From assembly GCF_006345805.1 (NCBI RefSeq), contig NC_043010.1:32798001-32862000 (forward strand): DNA of 64,000 bases. Direction: 5' to 3'. A program made the translations under genes and the position numbers. The notes beneath the pieces are model-generated. The model did not search any database. It had not been told where the DNA came from and was given only the letters and a program-made list of their open reading frames with translations. This document shows positions 40,385 through 54,418 of this stretch, one piece after another; within the stretch, counting starts at the first letter, position 1; each line of letters begins with the position of its first letter. Origin of the DNA: Octopus sinensis (Eukaryota).

Positions 40385-40610
40385 TTTCTTAAGTCCAGGA
40401 CTCATAGCGTCGATTACCTGGTTTCCATGGCGAACAAGCGAACGAACTCACAACAGACTCCTTGAACGGGACGCCGGTACACCGCTGAGGTGAAGGCCAG
40501 CAATTTTGAGAAGAGTACCAGAGTCGATCGACGATATTTGAATTCAGAGTGTAAAGGAATGCCGGAAGAAAACGTTTTGTCCGACGCGTTAATGATTCTA
40601 TCAGCACATA
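40385..40610 (-). mobile_element. SINE B-head variant with an alternative tail
   Basis: Head as in family B. Tail (CCTTGAACGGGACGCCGGT..CCATGG) shared with 57085-57390. Confidence 0.7.
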
Positions 40611-40689
40611 CATACATACATACATACATACATTCTTGATTGCGCCATTCTTTTCCGTCTTCGCCCAAATTATTTTACTTATTATCGTG

Positions 40690-40910
40690 GAGGCCTTCCG
40701 AGGGGTCCTTTTCTAGTCTCTTGGATACCATTTTAGATATGCTCTCGCAATGATATTCCTTGTATAGATCTTTCCATGGTCCTTTGTGCTGTAGCTAATA
40801 GATGTTCTTCTTTCTTTGTAGTAGCTTACGTTTTATTTTCGTATAATAACGCATGTATGACAGTACTAATAGACGTAAATGCCTTTAGTCGTACCGTTAC
40901 TCTCTGACAT
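40690..40910 (-). mobile_element. RTE-clade LINE fragment
   Basis: ALLYENKT*ATTKKEEHLLATAQRTMERSIQGISLREHI. Confidence 0.75.
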
Positions 40911-42073
40911 TTCAGCATGCATAAATGATAATCGGTAGAAATGAGAATCTTTTGTCTGGAAAAAGAGATGTAAATTTTCCATTGCTTTACCATAAATATT
41001 CTCATTTTCTTAACATTGGTCGAGATATTCCCTTACTCTCGGTAGGTCATCTCTACAGCAGTGCATAATATTTGTTTCACGTCCAAGAGAAAACTATCAG
41101 AACTGCTGTGCTGGCCACTGGATTACTATTCTTATTGGAATACTACACCAGTATCCCTTATTTTTTTAAAGTTGTGGATACATTCTGGTTATGGTGTGCC
41201 TTTAGTGCGACCATCAGAACAATACTTTCTGAGACTAATGTTATACATAGTTTTGGTAACAATATCATATCGATATGGAAAAGCAAAAAATACATTTTTG
41301 TGTAGCTGTTGATGATGTGGATCATATCTTCCACACCGATATGGTACAACGGACAAGTATTTTATTGACTCCAGAAGCCAAAAAGGCAAAGTTAACTTCA
41401 GCGGGACTTGAACTCAGAAATTAAAGAGTCAGTATAATACTGATACAAATTTCAGTTTTAGTAGGTTAATCCAGTTTTCCCTCGGTTTATATGGAATAAC
41501 TTTATCCTCAGAGTGTTCGATCATATAAGGTGAAGGAAAATCCTAATTGTTATCAAATATTTTGATGTATTCATTTCACTTTACATTCAAAATATTGTTA
41601 TTTTCATTACTGTGTGTAAGATGTGATGAAAATATTTCTTACTTAGCTATTCAGTAGGTGTTATCTGAACGATGCTGTGAAGCACTTGATGATTACTTAG
41701 ATTGACCTTATGCCTTCATCTCCGTACCTCCGTTAACACTGGTGACGTGGAAGATATCGGTGGTGGTTAATATACACATATGTTCATGCATATGTACATA
41801 AAAAGGAACCCCCACACATTCCTGCAAACCTAAGATATATATACGTACTTGAGTGAAGCTACATTTACACATACATCTACCTATATACACCCATTAACTC
41901 GCCCTGCCTAGTGAGTAGCAAAGTGAAGATTCGTAAACTGTTTCAAAGATTTTCCACTTGAGTTTCCTGAAAATGAATATATACACACAATCATATATGT
42001 GCATACATGTGTACATACACACGCACACACACATACACACACATACACGCACACACACACACGCACACGCACA

Positions 42074-42158
<85 letters not shown>

Positions 42159-42162
<4 letters not shown>

Positions 42163-42330
42163 AGAGTTAACGAAAAAAAAAGACGAAGACAGGTGGTGTA
42201 CAAAACAAACAGATGTGTTAGTATACGCTCAGGAATTGAACAAGTCTTTTACGTTTCGAGCCTACGCTCTTCTACAGAAAGGGACACAGAAAAAACAAGG
42301 AGAGAAGAAAAAATGTGTGTAGTGGCTACC
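42159..42330 (-). mobile_element. Second copy of the 18245-18412 pLTR-like element
   Basis: Reverse-complement homology. Abuts a long (TA)n at 42078-42158. Hammerhead-like motif at 42246-42281. Confidence 0.75.
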
Positions 42331-42754
42331 GATCTATCATGGCGACATAGCAGTCGTTTGCCACTGTTGTATCTGTCTTTTGACCACGGTTGTCGCTCTG
42401 ACAGATATTGTTATTTCCGAACTCGTCGATAGAATGACTCTGTCTGGCACTGGTACGACCCCCGGTCATGCAGTGTTATTATCCTCAAAGGGTTAGATCG
42501 ATACAACGTCCACTCAGTATCACAGTATAATTACTATTTGAGACACAGCACAGACACGACTACCGTCTACATGAGGTACTCAGAAATTCGGATGGTTTTA
42601 TATTTACAGATATTTATTTGTATATTACATGTTTTTATACATCATATAACTTATATCATATATCATATATTAGCGCTTTTTTGACCATTTTATAGTGTTA
42701 TTGAGTGTGTAGTGGTGGGGAGGGATATAAGATAGCACAAGAGGATGATGAACC

Positions 42755-42829
<75 letters not shown>

Positions 42830-42892
42830 TCTATCTGTCTGTATGTATGTATGTATGTATGTATGTATGTATGTATGTATGTATGTATACAT

Positions 42893-43015
42893 GGGCGCAG
42901 GCGTGGCCGGGTGGTAAGAAGTTTGCGTCCCAACGAGTATCTTTTCCTATAGCCTCGGGCCGACCAAAGCCTTGTGAGTGGATATGGTAGTCGCAAACTG
43001 ATACAAGCTCATCGT
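42893..43015 (+). mobile_element. SINE family A, 5' part with deletion
   Basis: GGCGCAGGCGTGGCCGGGTGGTAAG...TATAGCCTCGGGCCGACCAAAGCCTTGTGAGTGG. Confidence 0.8.
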
Positions 43016-43047
43016 ATGTGTGTGCCTCTGTGTGTGTGTGTGTGTTG

Positions 43048-43081
<34 letters not shown>

Positions 43082-43090
43082 GTGTGTGTG

Positions 43091-43125
<35 letters not shown>

Positions 43126-43258
43126 GTGGTGTGTGTGTTTGTGTGTGTGTGTGTGTGTGCGTTGGTGCAAACAGGAAGGATAGAACTCAAAATATGAGTA
43201 CATGTATATTTCTATAAATATTTACCAGAAGTAACAGAGTGACTAGTTACGGCAATAT

Positions 43259-43295
<37 letters not shown>

Positions 43296-43343
43296 ACACA
43301 CACACACACATATTTGTACATCTGCCTGCGCACAGACATAAGC

Positions 43344-43375
<32 letters not shown>

Positions 43376-43902
43376 TGTGGGAGTAAAGATGTATATATGT
43401 ATATGAGTATCTATAGTTGCATGTGGGCGCGTGTGTATGTGTGTGTGCGTGCGTGCGTGTGTGTCTTGTGTGTGTGCGTGCGTGTGTGTCTTGTCTGTAT
43501 GTGAAGAGGGAGAGAGAGAAAGTGAGGGAGTGTACAATCTACTACTACGTCGACAACAGACCCACCTAAACAATACATGTGTTTATCCTGTGCATCATGC
43601 TGTAGGCTTGTCTTTCCCAGGTAGCTACACCTGTCCATTGTTGACAAAAGCTGCACATGATGCACTCAAGTAAAATCCGGAAACAGCAGCCGGAAATTTC
43701 ACAGCATGCAAAATTTCAAACGGTTTAAAAGTTGAGTTCATACACATGTTCCTGTCATGAGCTACCTCAGATACAGTCAACCAATAATTGATCGACTGAA
43801 CATCATCTTTTTTAGTTAAGCTTAAATGTCCATGCAACTGAAAATGTGTTTTTTTTTAAACGAGGGCCTTGTAATACATAATGCATCAATATATCATACA
43901 TA

Positions 43903-44351
43903 GGCGCAGGAGTGGCTGTGTGGTAAGTAGCTTGCTAACCAACCACATGGTTCCGGGTTCAGTCCCACTGCGTGGCATCTTGGGCAAATGTCTTCTGCTA
44001 TAGCCCCGGACCGACCAATGCCTTGTGAGTGGATTTGGTAGACGGAAACTGAAAGAAGCCTGTCATATATACATATATACGACAGTATATATGTGTGTGT
44101 GTGTGTGTTTGTGTGTAAACACACCAGCATCGGTTGTCAAGCAATGCTAGGGTGTCCCCCTAGCATTGCTTGACAACCGATGCTGGTGTGTTTACGTCCC
44201 CGTCACTTAGCGGTTCGGCAAAAGAGACCGATAGAATAAGTACTGGGCTTACAAAGAATAAGTCCCGGGGTCGATTTACTCGACTAAAGGCGGTGCTCCA
44301 ACATGGCCGCAGTCAAATGACTGAAACAAGTAAATGAGTAAAGGGTAAGAG
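43903..44351 (+). mobile_element. tRNA-derived SINE family A (reference copy; CORE-like segment), containing an internal palindrome
   Basis: A box TGGCTGTGTGG, B box GGTTCAGTCCC, CTTGGGCAAATGTCTTCTGCTATAGCC, central (TA)/(TG)n, tail TGACTGAAACAAGTAAA. Confidence 0.92.
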
Positions 44352-44410
44352 TATTTAGATGCCTATATATGCACACATGCGTGCGCATACATATACTCAT
44401 ACACACAAAA

Positions 44411-44630
44411 AGGGGTGCTGAAAAGTTCCTGACTTTAAGGGTATTGCGAAAGGCCTGGCTGGAGTTCTTTTACAGAGATTAGCACAACTAAAGGACTGTT
44501 GCTGTAAGTGTGCGAATCTGAGAGGGGAATATGATTCACCCTCTAGCCACAACAAAATATGTTCAATAAAATTATAATTAATTGATTCGCCTTTATTTTA
44601 CCCAAAACCAGGAACGTTTTAGCACCCCTC
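44411..44630 (+). mobile_element. Mariner-derived MITE
   Basis: TIRs AGGGGTGCTGAAAAGTTCCT / AGGAACGTTTTAGCACCCCT. Homologous to 8794-9004. Confidence 0.82.
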
Positions 44631-44654
44631 AAGGGTGTGCGTGTGTATATATGT

Positions 44655-44713
<59 letters not shown>

Positions 44714-45684
44714 ATATCTGACAGAAGTATGTATACTCCTAAAAAAATTTCAGTAAAATTGTCATTACTCTGATAGTATCGAAGGAAATCAGACGAAATT
44801 TATACTGAGTAAAATATATTAAACATGCAAATCTTATACAAATTTCAAACATATGAACGAAATATTAATTTTCAAATGTTACAAAATATGTACACCCGAA
44901 AAGAAATTTGCTATATTCAATATTTTATCCACTTTTTTTTACTAAATACAGTTATTGCTAATTATTTCAATTCTAATAAATTATTTCTCCTGACATTTTT
45001 GCACCGGTCATTGTTATTACATCTGCAGGAATTCTGATTTGTGTATCAAGGTGAAAATCTTTTTTGAGATTAAAATAGCACCAAAAAGAAAATTTTGTCT
45101 GAAGATTTGAAGAAAATTATTTTTAATTTGCGCAAGAATTGTTTAGGATAAACTAATTAGCAAATGAATACATATTAGCGTAAACACAGTTGCCAAAGTA
45201 ATTCAGAAGTACAAAGCTACTAGACGGCTAAACAATAAAAATAATTCAGGTCGTCCTTCAATTTTAATTGCGCGTGATATTCGCCACATTCAACGTTGCG
45301 TGACAGACGACAGGCGTCGTACAGCTTCATCTTTGGCCCAAGAAGTGTCATCTGTTAGTGGAAAGAGTGTATTCACCCAAATAGTTCACCGAAGTTTGAA
45401 CCAGTGTGGTCTTCATAGACGCATTCCTCGTAGGAAGCCTCTCCCTACTACCAGGCATAGATTAAGTCGTCTTTCTTTTACTGAAACCTATGTGAGTAAG
45501 GGAAAGGAGTTTTGCAATAAAATTCTTTTTTTCTGGCGAGACTAAAATCAATTTGTGCCAAATGGTATTAAACGAGTATGGCGACGATCAGTTGAAGATA
45601 ATAACGACAAATTTACCATGAAACACAGCGGCGAAAGTGTTAAGCTTTGGAGATACATTAGTGTGGCTGGTGTGAGAGGAGTAA

Positions 45685-46570
45685 GGATCTTTTCAATTCT
45701 GAAGCCAGGACCACAGATCTTTCTACTTAACTAAATATTCTGAAACTTCGTATGCTGATAGAGTCTAGCAAAACAAGACACAGGTTGGAACTAGTTTATT
45801 TGAGAAAAATCTATTTTATGACTTTAATCGTAGATTAAAACTGCGAATTTTAACCAATCAGATTGTTTGTTTTCATGTGTAAAACTTGACTGCATTCTAT
45901 TAGTGTGACGTAGAAAGCGCGCTTTTGTGACGTACTAACGTTCGGAAAACTGTAAACAAACACAGAACGTAACGGCAGACGAAATACGGCTACGCATTTC
46001 GCCCGGCGTGCTAACGTTCTGCCAGCTCTTTGCTTTTTAATATTAATTTCTTGCCTTTTGCACAAATAAATACAATAAGTGAAATGAAACGCATTAGCTT
46101 AGAAACGAAATCTTGTTAGAAGCCTCGTCACTGAGATGCCACTTCTTAATAGCAAACGAAAGCAAGTACTAACAGAATAGAAACATTTTCAATTTAATAC
46201 ATGTGGCTTATTAACTAGTTTTAAATATTGTTATTAGAAGGTGGCTGACTATAGGATCCTGGAAACATGAGTACGTTAAATAATTAGAAGGAGATTTCAC
46301 GGAGACATGCGGCTTGTTTACATTTAAGATGTTAATACGTCACCAAATTGGTGGTCGAGACGGAGTAAATAAAATAAAGCCGAATGACGGAATATCATTG
46401 GTTAAAATTCTAATTATTAAACAACGTTAAACTTAGAAGTTACAATTCCGTTTTCATTCTGGTTTACAATTAAGTTTACTTTTGACACATTCTACCAGTA
46501 TACGAAGTTTCAAATTGTTTGGTTCAGTAGGAAAAATTTGAAAAAACTGGCTTCAGAATTGAAAAGATCC
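45685..46570. mobile_element. Merlin-like MITE: 24-bp perfect TIR, 8-bp TSD
   Basis: GGATCTTTTCAATTCTGAAGCCAG (45685-45708) and its reverse complement (46547-46570). TSD AGGAGTAA at 45677-45684 and 46571-46578. Confidence 0.85.
45960..46030 (-). mobile_element. SINE family B head fragment nested in the MITE
   Basis: CAGAACGTAACGGCAGACGAAATACGGCTACGCATTTCGCCCGGCGTGCTAACG.TTCTGCCAGCTC. Confidence 0.85.
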
Positions 46571-47226
46571 AGGAGTAATATTTATTGAGAGAACAATGGA
46601 TCCAAAGCTTTATTGTGGCATATTGCAGAAAACAATGTTGAAAAGCATCAAGGAACTAGGAAAACATTCCATTTCCAACATGATAATGACCCTAAACACA
46701 CTTCAAAGATGACGGCTAAGTTCTTATCAGATAAAAAGGTAAAAGTATTGCCTTGGCCTACCATGTCACCTGGTTCAAACTCAATAGAACACCTGTGGAG
46801 TGTTTTGAAAAGGAAGGTTGGGGAGAAAAATCCCCGCAATGTAACATAGTTGAAAGATATCATTCAGGATGAATGTAAGTCGATTTCATCGGTTATATGC
46901 AGAAATTTAGTCGACTCTATGCCCCCGGAGATTTAATGGAGCCATTGAAAGCAAGGGCGGCACACCACATATTGAGGATAGCTAATCCTTTAGGGTGTAC
47001 GTATTTTTGTATCGTTTGAAAATTAATATTTCGTTCATATCTTTGAAAATGTTTATTGTTTTGTGTACCAAACTTGTATAATGTTTGCATGTCTAATATA
47101 TTTTATTCAGTATAAATTTCCTTTTATTTCCTTTGATTTCCTTCGATATTATAGCAATTTTACTGAATGTTTTTAGGAGCGTACTTCTGTGAGATACTAT
47201 ATATATATATATAGATATATATATAC

Positions 47227-47291
<65 letters not shown>

Positions 47292-47567
47292 TATATATAT
47301 ATATATTATATGATCTACCGGAAGATGTGTGTGTGTGTGTGTGTACAGGCCTTTTTCTTGATCCCCTTAAAAACAATGTTTTTCATCCGATTTCGTTCAC
47401 GCTGGGAATAAGCATCACTTATGTTTCAGAAATGGTCATAGATTCTTCAGATTTTCCACATAATGAGTAACACTTTCTCATGGGTAAATAACAAATACTA
47501 ACGATCGTTGCTTCAAGGGACATTACTCATGATGAAGCAGTTATACTACTTTCACTTCGTCTTCTAC

Positions 47568-47845
47568 TACAGTTTTTACAATGTCCATTTACTGCCAACC
47601 GTTAATATCTGCACATTAGTACTTCCTTCAGGTGGCCATACAATTTAAATCAACTTTTAATTACTTTTTAAACGACTTCAGAAATTAATTCATATTATAT
47701 ATATTTTCTCTGTTTTTATTCATACCAAGTTGTGAGAGTTATACAGTTTTTACAATGCCCATTCACTGCAAACTGCTGATATTTGCACGTTAGCACTTCC
47801 TTGAGGTATCCATGCAATTTAAATCAACTTTTAATTATTTTTTTA
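47568..47845. repeat. ~105-bp diverged direct repeat, 174-bp period
   Basis: TACAGTTTTTACAATG...AAATCAACTTTTAATTA at 47568 and 47742. Confidence 0.8.
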
Positions 47846-47945
47846 ATGTCTTAAGACAATGTTTATTCAGAATACCTTGAGGCTCAAACGTCTCAACCCT
47901 TCCTAATGTCCTTGTGACAATTTTGTGAACCCACTTAGCAAATAA

Positions 47946-49199
47946 TATTGGGTTAGCCGTTTTTTTAAATTATGGAATTTATTGCGTTTTTAAATTTTGG
48001 AATCTATGTTTTTCGAGAATTCTATTTTTGAATCATTTTGGAATCTTTTTTTTTCTAGCTAATTTTAGTTCATTTTTGTTTATTTTCAGATCATTAAAAT
48101 GTAATGTCAAGTTAAGAAAAACAAGCATTTTCGACACCTTCTTTTTGATTTTAATCAAGGTTCTAAGGCCGCAAAAGCTCGCGACATTTGTGCTGTGTAT
48201 GGAGAGGGTGCCATAACTGAAAGAACCGCGCGTGATTGGTATGCCAAGTTCAAAAATGAAAATTTTGACCTCAAAGACGCATCTCGTTCTGGCCTTCCAG
48301 TTGAGTTCGATGAAGAGCGATTAAACCAACTTTTGCACGGAAACTCTCGTCAAACAACAAGGGAACTGGCAGAAAAAAGGCAATGCTCCCACATTGCTCT
48401 AGAGAAACATCTTCACTCGATGGGAAAGGTTCAGCAGTATGGAGCAAGGGTCTCGAATGCTTTAAGTAACAACAACAAAAATCAACGAGCCAGAATCTCC
48501 GCAGGTGTGCTTGCTCGACACCGTTGAACTCATGGACACAAGCAACGATTTCTTTACCGAATCGTTTCTGGCGACGAAAAATAGTGCCTGTACATTAATA
48601 TGAAGCAGCGTAAGGAATGGCTTAGCCCCGGTAAACAAGCGACACCGCGCGTAAAACAAGATCTTCATCCGCGTAAAACGATATTGGGCGTATGGTGGGA
48701 CTGGGAAGGGATTATCCATTAAGAATTGCTTGAACGGAACCAAACGGTCAACGCGGAACCCTATGTTCAAGAGATGGAACGGCTCAACACGGCTATTCAA
48801 GAGAAAAGACCTAATAGGTAGCATGGAGTTCTTCTGCTGCACGACAACGCCCGCCAATATGACCAAGGAAGCCATTCAAATACATGGCTGGGAAGTGCTG
48901 CCACACCCACCGTACTCTCCTGATTTGGCACCAACCACCTCTTTCGATCTCTTTCAAATGCTATGCGCGGAGCTTCGTTCAATACTGATGCAGAATTGAG
49001 AGCTTGGTTGGATCAATTTTTCGAGTCGAAATCTGATGATTTCTACGAACGAGGTATTGAAAATCTTGTTGAACGTTGGGAAGAGGTTGTAAACAACAAA
49101 GGTGAATACATTATTGATTAATTAGTTGTTATTCTTTATTAAACCTTTTAAAAAATTTAAATTTTAAAAAACTGCGGGAACTTAGTTGCCAACCTAATA
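47946..49199 (+). mobile_element. Near-full-length decayed mariner (DD34D) element; transposase pseudogene about 48099-49120
   Basis: IVSGDEK, LHDNAR, HPPYSPDLAP, GIENLVERWEEVVNNKGEYIID*. 3' TIR CTTAGTTGCCAACCTAATA and a damaged 5' TIR TATTGGGTT. Multiple stops and frameshifts. Confidence 0.93.
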
Positions 49200-49999
49200 G
49201 TTCGACAAACGTCATTCAGTCATTCGACTTAACCACCCCTTTACCTTGGTCAATCGCTAAAAGTTGTCGGATTGGACCTTCGAATGTCATGCTTTTCACA
49301 TGACAGTTCTACGTCAATTATTCCAGGATTGACCATCCAGACAACTTATTCATCTATGCTCCTGAAGGAAAAACCAAAAATCTTGTTCGTCTACAAAGCA
49401 GCTCTACAGTAGTTACTCCTCTACTGCAATCTTCAAATCTACGCCAAACATTAGCCGTTAACAATCAGACTTCCTACAAGAATTTCATTGATATTTTGCT
49501 TCATTTTCGTGATTGCTCTTAAAAGGGCATTATCTTCAGTGACCCTTCTTACTTCACGCACGCTGTTCGCTCATAGGTGTGCTCTGACATTTTAGTACAT
49601 GCCATTATTCTATCTGTATGTTTGCTATAAATGTTTGTTTTTGTTTATCATACATGACTTTCATTGCAAAAGGCTTCAGTGTGGTTGAGTCAGGTATTTC
49701 GAGTAAAATAACTACATGCTACAAAACGCTTCAGGTATGATATGGGATCCCTAATGTCCGCTGCAATTGCGATCTCATTTCATGGACTTTCATTTATTAC
49801 TAACTGCAAAATTTGTGTTCAAAAAATTTATTCATTACGTAAGTTGATTAACACCATATAATAAACTGCTAACGAAATTGATAATTGTACATTTTACGTT
49901 TGAAACTAATTCTAACTGCGGGCTAATTCGACTTAAACCGTTCAAAGGAGTGCGCTATTATAATAAATTACACCGTCCAAAGAACGGGTGCGTTTGCTA

Positions 50000-50001
<2 letters not shown>
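49200..50001 (+). mobile_element. Helitron 3' fragment (Pif1-like helicase end and terminal hairpin)
   Basis: GQSLKVVGLDLRMSCFSH..DNLFIYAPEGKTKNLV. Hairpin CACCGT(CCAAAGA)ACGGGTG at 49971-49990, followed by CTAAT (a variant of CTAG|T). Confidence 0.8.
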
Positions 50002-50038
<37 letters not shown>

Positions 50039-50043
<5 letters not shown>

Positions 50044-50900
50044 GGTGCGGTGAATAAATTGTCTAAATTACACAAAAATGAAAATAACATTGACATACCA
50101 TTTTAGCACATATATTTACCAAAATTACATAAAGATATTTTGAAATACTAAAGAGTAAATTTATTCAATAAAATCGCAATTGGCTTCAACCACGGCCTTC
50201 AGATGACTTCGGAATATTCTACAGCTCTTCTGGACGGTCTCCTTGTTTAAGTTAGAAATTCAGCCATAACCCTTGCCTTCAGTTCATCTTTGGTGTTACA
50301 AGAAGTTTTGTAGGTCTCTCGCTCAGATGTTAGGGGTGATGTCGTCGCAGAAATTGTCTGACAGTCATGACTACACTCTCCTGCTTGGGTGGTATGCCAG
50401 ACATAGGGTGTTCCATCAGCCACCCTCTTGACCCAGAGCAGGACTACTTCCTCCAGGCACTTTATGTAGGCCTTCATGTTGAGTCTGAGGCCGTGTGGGA
50501 AGATAAATGGAGGCATAAGGTCGCCATCACTAGGGATCACTCCAAACAACATGATTCTGACATGATGCTGACTGAATATCAGACACTCCCATGTCCCTGG
50601 CGACGGACTTGATTGACTTGGAGGGATTGTTGTCAATCATAGCCTGGATCTCACCGACAAATTCAGGAGTTCTTTTGTTATCAGAACGTTTAGAGTGAGT
50701 TTCCCGAGCTGCCGTACCTTTGTAATCCCCATTAGACTCATCCAACTCTTTCCAAATCCTCTGTGTTTGGGTGTCAATCTGAGGATTTTCCAAGTCCTCA
50801 TATAGACACCTAAACACTCTGAAATGTTCGTTTTGGAGCTTCCAGCGCGAATGCCAAGCAGTACATGTCGTTTCCAAAAAGTTAATATGAAAGCTTTGAA
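50039..50900 (-). mobile_element. Internally deleted maT/mori-like transposon
   Basis: Terminal TACAGGGTG. Translation: RTPEFVGEIQAMIDNNPSKSIKSVARDMGVS, DGDLMPPFIFPHGLRLN, NTKDELKARVM. Catalytic spacing cannot be checked because of deletions. Confidence 0.8.
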
Positions 50901-51040
50901 ACAAAATATATTCTCAATTCTAATATATTTCGATACATAACTTCATTAGAAAAAACGACCGATAGATAGAGAGTCGGTAAGAGTGAGTAAAAGAAATAGG
51001 AAGATGAGTAATGCAAATAGAAAGAGGGTGAACGCGTAGA

Positions 51041-51170
51041 GAAAGATAGATAGAGAGTAGGTAAAATTGGGTAAAAGATAGATAGAGAGTAGGTAAAAAT
51101 GGGTAAAAGATAGATAGAGAGTAGGTAAAATTGGGTAAAAGATAGATAGAGAGTAGGCAAGAGTGGGTAA
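51041..51170. repeat. 32-bp minisatellite, about 4 units (AAAAGATAGATAGAGAGTAGGTAAAATTGGGT), inside a larger duplication spanning 50961-51256
   Basis: Read directly from the sequence. Confidence 0.9.
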
Positions 51171-53246
51171 AAAAATAGGAAGATTGGGTAAAAGATAGAT
51201 AGATAGTATAAGTAATGCGAATGTATGGAAGAGGGTGGACGCGTAGGGAAAAGATACACGAAGCATTACATAGGGAGAACTAGTGTCGTGGGCGAAGAGT
51301 TATATAATTGCTGTTTATCTTAATTGGGTATTATTGAAAAGGCTTCGAAACGAAAATTTTAAGTAATGTCTATAGCAGTTCAATGATTGAAACCTCGTTC
51401 AAAAAACGGACGTATTTCAACAGATTAGTTAAGGATCCATTTTCCGGATAATTATTTAACTATATAAATTACTCCTTGGCAGTTTCTGTGCGGGATGCCT
51501 GCCCATTTAGGATTCTGCTCATTTCCATTGGCTACGAAGAGCTTTTTTGAATCATGTTGGTTTGGTTTACCAACGAGAAAATTCTTCATCTCAAAAGTAA
51601 AATAAAAAAGTAATAAAAATCTTCAGAGTCCGTTCATAAAAAAAGATCTTTTCAAAGTTGTTTCACTACTCGGTCTCTTTTTCTTTGACATCCCATCTAC
51701 TGCAATTATATACATCAAATGGTCGAATATCATAATAATACTAACCAGCTCACCGATATATAGTGTTTCTCTGAAATACATTGCTATGTATAAACAGTTA
51801 TGCGCGTGTGTGTGTGTGTGCGTGTGTTTTCGTGTGTGTGGTGTGTGTATGTGTGGTGTGTGTGTGGTGTGTGTGTGTGTATGTGTGTGTGTGTGTGTGT
51901 GATTGTAAGAGAGAGACCGTGTGCAAAGTTTACTATTCTTTCTTCTCACCCACACGCAAACACCGCCTCTGCCTCTGTCTTTACCCCCACCTCTCTCATT
52001 TGAGTATTAATTTCCTCGGTTTCTTTTTATTGTACTCTCTTCTCTCACTTCAACTCTCTTTCATTTCTCCCTCTACTATTTCCTTTGCTGCTTCTCTTTT
52101 GTTTTTGTTTTTTCTCCTGCTCTCCTCTTTATTCATTCTCATACATCCATCTGACCTTCTCTAACACTTTCACTCCGAGTTGTTAATGTTGTCTCATTAG
52201 CTAATGCTGCCATACAGAGATCTTTTATCTAAATAATATTAATTAACAATAATCCATTTTAACAATCTAAAATAAGCTAATTGCTTTATCTCCCTTTCGC
52301 CTCCCTTCTATACAGGAAGCAGTTGCCCCACGTTAATACATTCTACCTAATACTCCTCCAATTACTTATACATTTAGACACCATACTGATAATTCTTTAA
52401 ATATCTGGTGTTAGAAATTTTGGATAATTACAGACAATAACGAGCTATTGACAGGACAGGACACTCTGTAAAGATGTGTACAGAACAGAGAACGTACTGC
52501 ACACTGTGCTTAGGTCAGAGTGCGTAGATGCAGATAGAGCAGACACATTGAACAGAGGTTCACAGCACATAGTGTGTACATGTTGATAGAACAGGATGTG
52601 TAAATGGTAATAGGTACAGGATGTAGATGTAGACCTGCGAGACAGATTGTATATGGTGACAGTGTGCAGATGTTGGGATAGGCCCAGTTTGTAGATGGTG
52701 GCAGACACGCTGTATAGATGTAGATAAGACGCTGTGTAAATTCGAGTTTTTTAAGGTGAGGCACATACTCCCTGATAGAGCGTAAGCAATATTTTGGTGG
52801 GGCGTGAGTTATTTCAGAATGGTGCGTAACAAGTGAAGACAACCTGCAATAATTCTTTCATTAAAACTTCTTTTGGAAATTTATATGTTGTATAGTAACT
52901 TTGTCCGTTCATGGCATGAAACATTGGGACATGCCAGTAGATGGTGTTTAAACCATTTAGCATATAGTCATAGTCGGTGATATGACTTGCAGCGGGTCTT
53001 GTTTGGTAAGTCAAAACAATGACGAAACATTGATACCTGTCGCTCCGAGAAGGGACTTGATGGGAGTTGTCTCGCTTGACTGTGACATGCGTTCAGGTTT
53101 TTTGTTTTTTTTACACAAAGCGCATAGAGAATATATTCTTTTACGTCTAAAATTGCAGCCGACCCACGAGTAACAACACACACACCTTATGTATGTGTGT
53201 CCGATTTTGTTTATATATCTCGAGCTACTTCTAATTTAAATTTAAA

Positions 53247-53247
53247 T

Positions 53248-53336
<89 letters not shown>

Positions 53337-53360
53337 GGATGGATGGATGGATGGATGGAT
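53247..53360. repeat. (GATA)n then (GGAT)n microsatellite
   Basis: Read directly from the sequence. Confidence 0.97.
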
Positions 53361-53446
53361 TAAAGGAAAAGGAAAGCAAAACCAAGGCAGGACGAGTATC
53401 TCAGGTCATTTAGAATATTTAATTTGAGTAATGTGAGACATCGTTT

Positions 53447-54359
<913 letters not shown>

Positions 54360-54363
54360 ATAT

Positions 54364-54418
<55 letters not shown>

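Larger units (their letters stand above)
44712..47199 (+). mobile_element. Decayed Tc1-family transposon with ~200-bp TIRs, interrupted by a MITE
   Basis: 44712-44900 is inverted relative to 46995-47199, with (TA)n on both sides. Transposase remnants: SGRPSIL, RRIPRRKP, FQHDNDPKHTSK, WPTMSPGSNSIEHLW. Confidence 0.9.

Noticed and set aside
43625-43837. Minus-strand 70-aa frame after a TTTTCAG acceptor (LHGHLSLTKKDDVQ...)
   Set aside because: No recognisable protein motif, no convincing donor and no supporting exons.
51623-51780. Minus-strand frame RETLYIGELVSIIMIFDHL...
   Set aside because: Short, no recognisable domain; insufficient for a CDS call.
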